DNA of 64,000 nucleotides from an uncultured Eubacteriales bacterium (lineage in GTDB: Bacteria; Bacillota; Clostridia; Oscillospirales; Oscillospiraceae), in assembly GCA_900321275.1 (NCBI GenBank), contig ONVI01000013.1, positions 117 through 64,116 of the forward strand, in the 5' to 3' direction. Made by a program: the position numbers and the translations under genes. Below, piece after piece: positions 1-8,806 of this stretch. Every line of letters starts with the position of its first letter. Position 1 is the first letter of the stretch. The notes beneath the pieces are model-generated. The model was not told where the DNA came from. It worked only from the letters and a program-made list of their open reading frames with translations, and ran no database searches.

Positions 1-1
1 T

Positions 2-118
2 TTTGATAAAAACAAGGCTTTCCCAAAGGAAGACCGCGGCGAGAGGATTGACACGCCGCCTCTTGTCATGAAGGAGAAGCTGTCATACGCGCAAAAGGGC
101 GCCGTCCCTGCGATTTGA
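2..118 (+). CDS. 3' end of an unidentified CDS cut by the window edge
   Basis: Open frame from the window edge (FDKNKAFPKEDRGERIDTPPLVMKEKLSYAQKGAVPAI) to TGA at 116-118. GC3-rich codons resemble the neighbours. No recognisable motif. Confidence 0.3.
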   Translation, partial: FDKNKAFPKEDRGERIDTPPLVMKEKLSYAQKGAVPAI

Positions 119-227
119 GAAACGGCGCCGCATGTATTCGATTTTTCGTTACAGATCGGGCGCATGATAGAACGAGACGCCTTTTTTGCCCCTGCGCTTG
201 GTTTCGTAGAGCGCCGCGTCCGCGTGC

Positions 228-1469
228 TCAAAAAGCTGCTGCGTCGTCGCGGCTTCTTCGCCGAAGGCGACGCCCGCGCTGACGGAACACCTTGCCTGCG
301 ATCAGCTCCTGATGCGCCCTGCCGGAATGCAGCATGATCGTCACAAACTCATCGCCCCCGATCCGGCAGACGCAGTCGTTGTTGCGAAAATGCCTGCTGA
401 CGACCGCGGCGACCTTGCACAGGATCCTGTCTCCCGTCTCGTGCCCATAGGTGTCATTGACATCTTTGAAGCGGTCGAGGTCCAGCAGGACAAGGCTGGT
501 CGTTCTGAGGTCGACGCCCGACAGCAGCACGTCATAGCCCGTGCGGTTATAGACCTTCGTCAGCTCGTCGTGGCTGGCCTTATAGCTGAGACTTGCGACG
601 CTGCTCTTGTAGACCTCAAACATGCGGTTGTAGGCCTGGGCAAGGTAGCGGAATTCGTTCGCGCCGGTGACCGGGATGGGGCTGTCCTCCCGAATTTTGT
701 CCACGGCCCTTAATATCGGGGAAACGCCGAGGCGCACCGTCGCCCAGGTCATCAAAATGATTGCGATGGCCTGCATGATCGTCACGGTGCGCACGCCCCG
801 CAGGTCCCTTCGCATATCCGCCGTGGATTTAAGCTGCACGCTGCGCGTTCTCTCCTCCAGTTTTGAAAGACTCTGCCTCATGTCGGCGCGAATTCTGTCC
901 AGCCTGCGGTAATAATCCTCATCCGAGACCATGTGCTGCGCCGCGGCTTTCTTCTCCCAGGCGGACAGGTGCGCATGCTCGGGCCGCAGCTCAATATCCC
1001 GGAGCGGCTCCGGCGTCGGGGAATAGCCCGTGGCCTCGATGACAAGCTTCATCGCATAATAATCTGTCTCCGCAAGCTCCTGCGACGCTTCCATCGCCTT
1101 GCGCAGCTTTTCCACCGCTGCCTTTTCCTCATCATAGACCGACATCTTTTCAATCGCGTCCTCGCGGCGGCGGGCCTCAAAAGCCTCGTCAAAATAATTA
1201 TGGAGGTACACGCTGTTACCGTCGAGAGTATAGCGCTGAACCATTTCGACCAGATAATCGGCGGCGTCCATCATCTCGGCGGCGGCCTTATGCATCTCAA
1301 TATACTGATCCGTCGCCTCCGTCACGTCCAGAAAGGTCTCGGTCAGCCGAAAGGTCGAATAGATCAGAAACCAGGATACGATCAGGGCGACAACGATGAG
1401 GACGGAATGAATAAACCGCAGGGAAATCCCCTCGGCCCTGAGCTGCTCCTTGAACGACACGGTCATCAC
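228..1469 (-). CDS. Membrane-anchored diguanylate cyclase (GGDEF domain); 3' end apparently frameshifted, and the conserved C-terminus continues in another frame to 149
   Basis: N-terminal TM helix (VLIVVALIVSWFLIY) and a second TM (IMQAIAIILMTWATV). GGDEF core reads 'DLDRFKDVNDTYGHETGD' and 'RIGGDEF'. The ORF tail after HQELIAGK becomes Arg-rich junk. Confidence 0.85.
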   Translation of the reverse strand: MMTVSFKEQLRAEGISLRFIHSVLIVVALIVSWFLIYSTFRLTETFLDVTEATDQYIEMHKAAAEMMDAADYLVEMVQRYTLDGNSVYLHNYFDEAFEARRREDAIEKMSVYDEEKAAVEKLRKAMEASQELAETDYYAMKLVIEATGYSPTPEPLRDIELRPEHAHLSAWEKKAAAQHMVSDEDYYRRLDRIRADMRQSLSKLEERTRSVQLKSTADMRRDLRGVRTVTIMQAIAIILMTWATVRLGVSPILRAVDKIREDSPIPVTGANEFRYLAQAYNRMFEVYKSSVASLSYKASHDELTKVYNRTGYDVLLSGVDLRTTSLVLLDLDRFKDVNDTYGHETGDRILCKVAAVVSRHFRNNDCVCRIGGDEFVTIMLHSGRAHQELIAGKVFRQRGRRLRRRSRDDAAAF

Positions 1470-1528
1470 CTGCGCTTTTCTGATGGTTAGTTAATTATTA
1501 TAAATGAAAGCACATCACATCGCAAGGA

Positions 1529-2155
1529 TTATTTTTCCCCGGCGCGTTCATGCAGATAACAAAGCGCATCCGAAAGAGAGCCCACGCAGTCGATGAGTCC
1601 CTCTCCCACGGCCTCCTGCCCGGTGAGGATGCTGCCCACGTCGTTTGCAAGCTGGGTGGTATCCGACATAAGGCTTGTAAAGCGCGCTTCCGTGATGCGG
1701 GAGTGCGCCGTCACGAAGGCGGTGATCCGGGCCTGCATCCGCGCCAGATAGTCATAGGTCTGCGCCGCGCCGATCACCACGCCCGTGATGCGTACGGGAT
1801 GCACCGTCATGGAAGCCGTTGGCGCGATGAAGCTCCTGTCCGCCGAGACGGCGAGCGGAACCCCGATACTGTGTCCGCCGCCCAGGACAAGCGAGGCGGT
1901 GGGCTTGCGCATGCCCGCAATCATCTCCGCGATGGCAAGCCCGGCCTCGACGTCGCCGCCTGCCGTATTGAGCAGGATCAACAGCCCGGTGATCTCCGGC
2001 GTTTCCTCGATGGCCGCGATGCTGGGCAGGATGTGCTCGTATTTTGTGGTCTTTACGTCGTCCGGGAGAATCTGGTGTCCCTCAATCTGGCCGATCATGC
2101 TCAGGCAGTGGATGCTCCCCTTCCGCGCCTGTCCCAGCTCCGTAAGCTCTTCCAT
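1529..2155 (-). CDS. Clp-protease-fold serine protease, TepA/SDH-family ClpP-like protein
   Basis: 208 aa. ClpP-like layout: IGQIEGH..., 'LNTAGGDVEAGLAI', 'GGGHSIG'. A separate canonical clpP lies at 28349-28930. Confidence 0.7.
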   Translation of the reverse strand: MEELTELGQARKGSIHCLSMIGQIEGHQILPDDVKTTKYEHILPSIAAIEETPEITGLLILLNTAGGDVEAGLAIAEMIAGMRKPTASLVLGGGHSIGVPLAVSADRSFIAPTASMTVHPVRITGVVIGAAQTYDYLARMQARITAFVTAHSRITEARFTSLMSDTTQLANDVGSILTGQEAVGEGLIDCVGSLSDALCYLHERAGEK

Positions 2156-2215
2156 ACCATCACCTCACGCTTATTCTTGACGAAAGGTGGAAGAAATAAC
2201 CGGAAGAAAGCAGGA

Positions 2216-2306
2216 TGTCATCCTGAGCGAAGCGAAGGATCTTCCCCACAGGCTTTCAAGCCTCCGAAAGGAAGATCCTTCGCCTCTTTGTTTCTCAGAA
2301 TGACAC
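2216..2306. repeat. About 90-bp inverted-repeat (MITE/REP-like) intergenic element, copy A
   Basis: TGTCATCCTGAGCGAAGCGAAGGATC ... GATCCTTCGC...CAGAATGACAC. The same termini recur in opposite orientation at 31349-31427. Confidence 0.7.
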
Positions 2307-2320
2307 GGGAATCTGTTGAT

Positions 2321-3703
2321 TCATTTGTCGTTGTACACCGCGAGCATGCCCTTGTAGGTCATGTAGCAGTCGAGCTTCGCGACCAGCTCAAAGGGAGCGT
2401 GCATGCTCAGAACGGGCACGCCCGCGTCGATGGTGTCGATGTTGCGGTTGGCCATATATTTGGCGATGGTGCCGCCGCCGCCCTGGTCGACCTTGCCCAT
2501 CTCGGAAAGCTGCCAGACGACCCCGGCTTTGTCGAAAACGCGGCGCAGATAGGCCACCACCTCGGCCGAGGCGTCGCTGGTACCGGATTTGCCGCGTGCG
2601 CCGGTGAATTTGCAGATCCCCATGCCGTAGTTGAAGCGGGCGTCGTTGCTCTTCTCCGAGACCTCCGGATAGAGCGGATCGAAGGCCGCGGTCACATCGG
2701 CGGAGAGGCAGAAGCTCTTCTCATAGCAGCGGCGCAGCTCCACATTCTGGGCAGCGCACAGATCCTCCATGAAGGTATCGAAGGCGCTGCTCTGCATACC
2801 GCTCACACCGTCTGAGCCGGTTTCCTCCTTGTCGGCGAGGATGCAGACACAGGTGCGGGCGGGATTTTCCACATCGAGGATGGCCCTGAGCTCGGCATAG
2901 GCGCAGACCCTGTCGTCGTGGCCATAGCCGCCGATCATGCTGCGGTCAAGGCCGATCTCGCACACGTCGAAGGCGGGGACCGCCGTGAGCTCGGCTGAGA
3001 GGAAATCCTCCTCCGTGATACCGTACATATCGTTCAGCACACTCAGCACCGCGAGCTTGACACGGTCCTTGCCCTCGTCGGCATAGGGGACAGAGCCTAT
3101 GAGGATATTCAGCGCCTCGGCGGTGATGCCCTCGGACATTGTCTTCTTCAACTGATCCTTGGCAAGATGAATCAGCAGGTCGGTGATGACAAAGCGGGGC
3201 TCGCCCGGCTCGCGCCCGATGCAGACATCCACGGTCTCGCCGTTCTTGAGCGCGACGACGCCATGCAGCTCCAGCGGGATGGTGACCCACTGGTATTTCT
3301 TGATCCCGCCGTAGTAGTGGGTACGGAAATAGCAGAGCTCATCCGTCTCATACATCGGGGTCTGTTTGAGATCAAGGCGCGGGGCATCCACATGCGCGCC
3401 TGCGATCACCGCGCCCTCAGACAGGCTCTTCTGTCCGATTACGGCCAGCATCAGCGCCTTGCCGCGGTTGTTGGAATAGAGCTTCATGCCGGGTTCAAGC
3501 TTCATGCCGGGCTGATACTCGGCAAAGCCGCAGGCCTTTGCGAGCTTGACGGCGTTGACGACAGCCTCCCGCTCGGTGCGGGAATCGTTCAGGAAAGCCA
3601 TATAGCCGCGGCAGTAGTTTTCCGCCGTGACATGCTCGTCCGTTCTGATGAGGTCATAGCCGTTCTTCTTTTCATAGAAAAGCTGTTTTCTCAGATCATC
3701 CAT
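2321..3703 (-). CDS. M18-family aminopeptidase
   Basis: 460 aa. Motifs 'GAHVDAPRLDLK', 'GYGHDDRVCAY', 'ADKEETGS' and 'SMHAPFE' are typical of dinuclear M18 aminopeptidases. Confidence 0.85.
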   Translation of the reverse strand: MDDLRKQLFYEKKNGYDLIRTDEHVTAENYCRGYMAFLNDSRTEREAVVNAVKLAKACGFAEYQPGMKLEPGMKLYSNNRGKALMLAVIGQKSLSEGAVIAGAHVDAPRLDLKQTPMYETDELCYFRTHYYGGIKKYQWVTIPLELHGVVALKNGETVDVCIGREPGEPRFVITDLLIHLAKDQLKKTMSEGITAEALNILIGSVPYADEGKDRVKLAVLSVLNDMYGITEEDFLSAELTAVPAFDVCEIGLDRSMIGGYGHDDRVCAYAELRAILDVENPARTCVCILADKEETGSDGVSGMQSSAFDTFMEDLCAAQNVELRRCYEKSFCLSADVTAAFDPLYPEVSEKSNDARFNYGMGICKFTGARGKSGTSDASAEVVAYLRRVFDKAGVVWQLSEMGKVDQGGGGTIAKYMANRNIDTIDAGVPVLSMHAPFELVAKLDCYMTYKGMLAVYNDK

Positions 3704-4904
3704 TTTCCGTTATCTCCTTAAAAAGTTCCCGACAGTCCGCCTCAAATTCGGCAATGTCGGCATGATTGTGCAAAAGATGGGTGCAGTTGGTTTCATAGTA
3801 GCTGTTTGGCTTCTGCGCGTTGATGCGGGTCTCGGCCGCCTCTCTCGAGATGTCGTCTCTCGCCATGATGCGCGTGATGCGGGTTTCTCTCCCGGCGAGG
3901 ACGCCGACCACGGCCTTGCAGCGTTCGGACATCCCGGAAGCGATCAGCTCCACCGCGTCGATAGCGGCAAGCCGCCCGCCCTGCATGGCATAGTCCCGAA
4001 GCCTCTGTTCCACGGTCTGTATGACTGCGCACCATGCGATTTGATTGAGCTTTTCCAGTTCTTTCGGGTCGGCAAAGACGATCCTTCCCAACGTTTTCCG
4101 ATCGACCTTCCCATCCCGAACCGCGCCGGGGAAAGCGGCACCCAGATTGCGGATGAGCTCATCGTCGCTCTCCAGCAGTTCGTGATAGATCGCGTCGCAG
4201 TCCAGTACCAGCGCGCCGTGCTTTTCCAATTCCTTAAGCGCTGTGGTCTTGCCGCAGCCGGAGCCGCCGGTGACGCCGATAACCGTAAGTTCCTCCGCGA
4301 GGGCCTCACGGATCGCCTCCTCGGGCAGCGCGCCCCGGCGCAGGATCTTATAGGGGGCCGCGCTCATGTCAAGAAGCGTCGATTCCTTTCCGATGCCGCA
4401 GGGGCCGCCGTCGATCACCGCGTCGATTTTGCCGTCGAAATACGATAAAACCTGCTCCGCTGTTTTTGGGCTTGCCTCTCCGGAGGGATTGGCTGACGGC
4501 GCCGCCAGCGGAAGGCCGCACTGGCGCAGCAGTTCGAGCGTCATGGGATGATCCGGGCAGCGAAGCCCCACCGTCGTCCCGCCCGCGAGGACAATGGAAG
4601 GGATGAAATCCTTCGCCTTCAGTACGATGGTCAGCGGGCCGGGCCAGAAGCGCTTCGCCAGCGCGTGCGCCTGTACGGGCACATCCTCACAACAGAGCTC
4701 CATCGCCGTCTCATCCGGCACCATGAGGGACAGGGGCTTGACCGCCGGTCTCCCCTTCACCTCGTAGATTTCCGTGACGGCTTTCTCGTCAAGGCCGTTT
4801 CCGGCAAGCCCGTAGACGGTTTCGGTCGGCACAGCGACAAGACCGCCGCTTCGGATAATCGAGGCGGCTTCCCCGATGTTTTCCGTAATTCGTTTTGTCT
4901 TCAT
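3696..4904 (-). CDS. Fusion protein: L-threonylcarbamoyladenylate synthase (TsaC/YrdC domain) + dephospho-CoA kinase (CoaE domain)
   Basis: N-terminal half carries 'VAVPTETVYGLAGN...EIYEVKGRP...PLTIVL...SANPSG' (YrdC/Sua5 fold). C-terminal half carries 'VIGVTGGSGCGKTT' P-loop and 'DCDAIYHELL' (CoaE). Confidence 0.85.
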   Translation of the reverse strand: MKTKRITENIGEAASIIRSGGLVAVPTETVYGLAGNGLDEKAVTEIYEVKGRPAVKPLSLMVPDETAMELCCEDVPVQAHALAKRFWPGPLTIVLKAKDFIPSIVLAGGTTVGLRCPDHPMTLELLRQCGLPLAAPSANPSGEASPKTAEQVLSYFDGKIDAVIDGGPCGIGKESTLLDMSAAPYKILRRGALPEEAIREALAEELTVIGVTGGSGCGKTTALKELEKHGALVLDCDAIYHELLESDDELIRNLGAAFPGAVRDGKVDRKTLGRIVFADPKELEKLNQIAWCAVIQTVEQRLRDYAMQGGRLAAIDAVELIASGMSERCKAVVGVLAGRETRITRIMARDDISREAAETRINAQKPNSYYETNCTHLLHNHADIAEFEADCRELFKEITENG

Positions 4905-5975
4905 TTACGCCTCCGTCTGCGCCTGCAGGAGCGCGGCCTGGTCGGCGGTAACAAGGCAGTCGATCAGCTCGTCCAGGTTTCCGTTCATGATCGGCTGTAG
5001 ATTAAAGTTCTTGACGTCTCCGCTGAGGCGGTGGTCAGTCACGCGGTTCTGCGGGAAATTATAGGTGCGGATACGCTCGCTCCTGTCGCCGGAGCCGATC
5101 TGACTGCGGCGCTCGCTGGCGACGGCAGCGTTCTGCTTTGCCTGCTCGGCATCGGCGAGCTTGGCGCGCAGGATCTGCATGGCGCGATCCTTGTTTTTGT
5201 ACTGGCTGCGCTCATCCTGGCACTCAACCACCGTGCCGGTCGGCAGGTGCGTGATGCGGATGGCGCTCTCCGTCTTGTTGACGTGCTGCCCGCCCGCGCC
5301 GGAGGAGCGATACGTGTCGATCTTCAGATCGCCGGGGTCGAGGTGGAAGTCGATCTCCTCCACCTCCGGCAACACGGCGACGGTCGCGGCCGAGGTGTGG
5401 ATGCGTCCGCCGGATTCCGTGACCGGGACACGCTGGACACGGTGACCCCCCGCCTCAAATTTGAGCCGGGAATACGCCCCGGCGCCTTCCACGACAAAAC
5501 TGATCTCCTTGATGCCGCCGAGCTCGGTCTCGCTGATATTGGCGATCTCGATCCTCCAGCCCTTCGATTCCGCGTACATGGAGTACATGCGGAAGAGGTC
5601 GGAGGCAAAGAGCATCCCCTCTTCCCCGCCGACGCCGCCGCGGATCTCCATGATGACGTTTTTTCCGTCGTTGGGGTCCTTCGGGAGAAGCAATATCCTG
5701 ATCTCCTGCTCCAGCCTCTCCTTATCCGCCTTGGCCGACGCGTATTCCTCCTGCGCAAGCTCCTTCATCTCCGTATCGGACATGAGAAGCAGCGCCTCCT
5801 CCATGGCGGTGCAGGCTTTCCGATAGTCCCGATAGGCGGTAACCAGCGGCTCCAGTTCCCGCGACTCGCGATCCAGCCGTGCGTAAACGGCGGGGTCGGC
5901 ATAGGTGGACGGCTCCTCCATACGGGCGCAGATGAGCTCATATTTGTTTTCAAGCTGTTTCAGTTTGTCAAACAT
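4905..5975 (-). CDS. prfA: Peptide chain release factor 1
   Basis: 356 aa. GGQ motif 'SGAGGQHVNKTESAIRITHLPTG' and RF1-type 'PVT' tripeptide in 'RVQRVPVTES'. Confidence 0.97.
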   Translation of the reverse strand: MFDKLKQLENKYELICARMEEPSTYADPAVYARLDRESRELEPLVTAYRDYRKACTAMEEALLLMSDTEMKELAQEEYASAKADKERLEQEIRILLLPKDPNDGKNVIMEIRGGVGGEEGMLFASDLFRMYSMYAESKGWRIEIANISETELGGIKEISFVVEGAGAYSRLKFEAGGHRVQRVPVTESGGRIHTSAATVAVLPEVEEIDFHLDPGDLKIDTYRSSGAGGQHVNKTESAIRITHLPTGTVVECQDERSQYKNKDRAMQILRAKLADAEQAKQNAAVASERRSQIGSGDRSERIRTYNFPQNRVTDHRLSGDVKNFNLQPIMNGNLDELIDCLVTADQAALLQAQTEA

Positions 5976-6045
5976 GGCGTACTCCAGAAAAACAATATCA
6001 GTGAATTATAGCACGGTCAAAATGGAAAGTAAACATGAAAAAGGA

Positions 6046-6083
6046 GCTGTCTCAAAATGCATGGTTATGCATTTTGAGACAGC
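6046..6083 (-). terminator. Perfect 17-bp-stem hairpin downstream of livF; member of a repeated hairpin family
   Basis: GCTGTCTCAAAATGCAT-GGTT-ATGCATTTTGAGACAGC. On the minus strand it is followed by TCCTTTTTC. The same arms recur at 59882-60025 and 63788-63934. Confidence 0.7.
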
Positions 6084-6098
6084 CTGCTTCAATCTGTA

Positions 6099-6797
6099 TC
6101 AGCTTCCCAGATACGCCTTTCTGACCTCCTCGTTGACCAGCAGCTCCCTGCCGGTGCCGGTGAGGCCGATACGCCCGGTTTCGAGGACGTAGGCATAGTC
6201 CGCGATTTTGAGTGCCATGTTGGCGTTCTGCTCGATCAGGAGGACGCCCTGGGCGTTGATTTCCCGGATGATATCGAAGATGCCCTTTACCACCAGCGGG
6301 GCCAGACCCAGCGAGGGTTCATCCATCATGATGAGCTTCGGCTTGCTCATGAGCGCCCGCGCCACGGCCAGCATCTGCTGCTCACCGCCGGAGAGGGTGC
6401 CGGCCAGCTGCCAGTCGCGTTCCTTCAGGCGCGGGAACAGTTCATACACCCATTCGAGATCCTTCTCGATCTGCTCCTTGTCGTTTCGCAGATACGCGCC
6501 GATTTTCAGATTCTCGCGCACCGTGAGGTTTGTGAACACGCGCCGTCCCTCCGGGACCTGGGCGATGCCCTTTTCAAGGATCTTATAAATCGGCATGCCG
6601 AGCAGCTCTTCCCCATCATAGATGATGGAACCGCTGTCTGCCTTGACGAGGCCGGAGATGGTGCGCAGCGTGGTGGATTTGCCCGCCCCGTTTGCGCCGA
6701 TCAGCGTCACGATCTTGCCGTCGGGCACCTCGAGACTGATGCCTCTCAGGGCGCGGATGCCGCCATAGGACACATGCAGGTTTTCAATTTTCAGCAT
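6099..6797 (-). CDS. livF: Branched-chain amino acid ABC transporter ATP-binding protein
   Basis: 232 aa. Walker A 'GANGAGKST' and signature 'LSGGEQQML'. Overlaps livG by 14 nt. Confidence 0.93.
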   Translation of the reverse strand: MLKIENLHVSYGGIRALRGISLEVPDGKIVTLIGANGAGKSTTLRTISGLVKADSGSIIYDGEELLGMPIYKILEKGIAQVPEGRRVFTNLTVRENLKIGAYLRNDKEQIEKDLEWVYELFPRLKERDWQLAGTLSGGEQQMLAVARALMSKPKLIMMDEPSLGLAPLVVKGIFDIIREINAQGVLLIEQNANMALKIADYAYVLETGRIGLTGTGRELLVNEEVRKAYLGS

Positions 6798-7638
6798 CGT
6801 CTACCACCCCCAGATAGGCGTCGATCACCTTTTCGTTCTTCTGAATCTCCTCCGGCGTGCCCTGCGCGATCAGACGCCCGAAGTCAAGGACGTAAATGCG
6901 ATCGGAGATATCCATAACCAGATCCATATGATGCTCGATAAGCAGGATCGTCACGTCGAAATCCTTGCGGATCTGCCCGATAAAATGAGTCAGATCCTGG
7001 GTCTCCTGCGGGTTCATGCCCGCAGCGGGCTCGTCGAGAAGCAAGAGCTTCGGCTTTGTCGCGAGGGCGCGGGCAATCTCCAGGCGGCGCTGCTTGCCGT
7101 AGGGCAGAGAGGTCGCAAGCTCATCCTTGACATCGGCAAGGCCGACGATCTCCAAAAGCTCCATGACCTCCCGGCGCTGCTGCTCCTCCTCGGCACGGTT
7201 GAGACGGAAGGCCGCAGTGAAGAGATTGCTGGTGCGCTTCATGTGCTTGGCAACCAGGATGTTGTCAAACACCGTCATGCTTTTCCACAGGCGGATATTC
7301 TGGAAGGTGCGCGCCATGCCCAGCCTGGTGAGCTCATCGGGCGTGGGCTCCTTCACCTCGCCGAACATTCCGGCATCCTCGCCCAGATAGTTCTTTTTCA
7401 TTTTCCCGCGGGGGTAGTTTTCGACAACGCATTCCCCGTCGAAACGCACGAGGCCGTTTGTCGGCGCGTAGACGCCGGTGATGACGTTAAAAGCCGTGGT
7501 CTTGCCCGCGCCGTTGGGGCCGATGATCGCGACGATCTCCCCTTCGCGGACTTCCAGGCTCAGATTGTTGACAGCCACGACGCCGCCGAACTGCATGGTG
7601 ACATGCTCCACCTGCAGAATGGTTTTCTTCTCGCTCAT
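6784..7638 (-). CDS. livG: Branched-chain amino acid ABC transporter ATP-binding protein
   Basis: 284 aa. Walker A 'GPNGAGKTT' and LivG-type C-terminal extension. Confidence 0.93.
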   Translation of the reverse strand: MSEKKTILQVEHVTMQFGGVVAVNNLSLEVREGEIVAIIGPNGAGKTTAFNVITGVYAPTNGLVRFDGECVVENYPRGKMKKNYLGEDAGMFGEVKEPTPDELTRLGMARTFQNIRLWKSMTVFDNILVAKHMKRTSNLFTAAFRLNRAEEEQQRREVMELLEIVGLADVKDELATSLPYGKQRRLEIARALATKPKLLLLDEPAAGMNPQETQDLTHFIGQIRKDFDVTILLIEHHMDLVMDISDRIYVLDFGRLIAQGTPEEIQKNEKVIDAYLGVVDDAEN

Positions 7639-8792
7639 GACTGCGCCTCCTTTGCCGGGGCCTTCTTCTTTTTCTTAAACAGGTCGGGCAGCTCCTTTTC
7701 GCCCATAATACCCTCGCGGAAGAAGAGAACCACGATCATGATGATGACGGAGAACACGACAAGGCGGAAGCCGTTGCGGAAGATGTTCGGCGCTTCGATG
7801 CCGAGGAATTTGCCGGAATCCAGGCCGCGCAGCCACCATTCGGACGCCGCCACAAACAGCATCGAGCCGATGACCGAGCCGGTGATGGAGCCGATGCCGC
7901 CCAGTACGACCATGAGCAGGATCTCATAGGTCATGGCGGATTTGAAGTTGTTGGCCTGCGCGATGGACAGCACCATCGCAAGCGTCGCGCCCGCGATGCC
8001 TGCGAAGAAGGAGCTGGTCACAAAGGAGATCATCTTGTGTTTGGCAAGATTGATGCCCATGGCCTCTGCCGCGATCTCATCGTCGCGGATGGCTTTAAAG
8101 GCGCGGCCGTAGGTGGAGTTGACAATCAGGACGATGAGCGTAATACACACCGTCGCGATCAATACCGGGACAAAGGTTGACAGGCTCAGCTTCAAGTCCC
8201 CGATTTCCAATTTAAACTTGCTGGCGCGGGCGAAGTTTTTCAGGAGGTTCGAACCGTTGGTGACGGGGCCGAGCTTGCTCCACTGGAAAACCGCGCGGAT
8301 GATCTCGGCAAAGCCGAGGGTCGCAATGGCGAGATAGTCGGATTTGAGGCGCAGCACCGGCAGGCCGATCAGCCACGCCATGAACGCCGCAACGAGACCC
8401 GCCAGCACCAGCGCGATGAACACGCCCAGCGCCGTACCGAAGCCGCCCATATGTCTGGAAAGCACCTCCGGTATGGAGAAGCGGATCGCTGCGTCGAAGT
8501 ACTGGTAGACCGAGTCGCGGTATTTGTCGGGGATCGTAAAGATGGCGTATGTATAAGCGCCGAGAAGCATGAAGCCCGCATGGCCCAGGGAGAAAAGGCC
8601 GGTGTAGCCGTTGAGCAGGTTCATGGATACGGCGGCCAGCGCGTAAACGGAGCCTTTCTGCAGTACGATCAGCAGCATACCGAGGCTGTCGGTGGGCTTG
8701 ATCATCTGGTCGAGAGCGAAAACCACCGCGAGAAAGGCGAGTACCGATATAAAAGCGATCCAGGCGCCCTTTTTGTTTCTTGTTTCGGTCAT
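7635..8792 (-). CDS. livM: Branched-chain amino acid ABC transporter permease
   Basis: 385 aa polytopic membrane protein in liv operon context. ATGA overlap with livG. Confidence 0.9.
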   Translation of the reverse strand: MTETRNKKGAWIAFISVLAFLAVVFALDQMIKPTDSLGMLLIVLQKGSVYALAAVSMNLLNGYTGLFSLGHAGFMLLGAYTYAIFTIPDKYRDSVYQYFDAAIRFSIPEVLSRHMGGFGTALGVFIALVLAGLVAAFMAWLIGLPVLRLKSDYLAIATLGFAEIIRAVFQWSKLGPVTNGSNLLKNFARASKFKLEIGDLKLSLSTFVPVLIATVCITLIVLIVNSTYGRAFKAIRDDEIAAEAMGINLAKHKMISFVTSSFFAGIAGATLAMVLSIAQANNFKSAMTYEILLMVVLGGIGSITGSVIGSMLFVAASEWWLRGLDSGKFLGIEAPNIFRNGFRLVVFSVIIMIVVLFFREGIMGEKELPDLFKKKKKAPAKEAQS

Positions 8793-8806
8793 GTCTTTCC
8801 CCCCTC

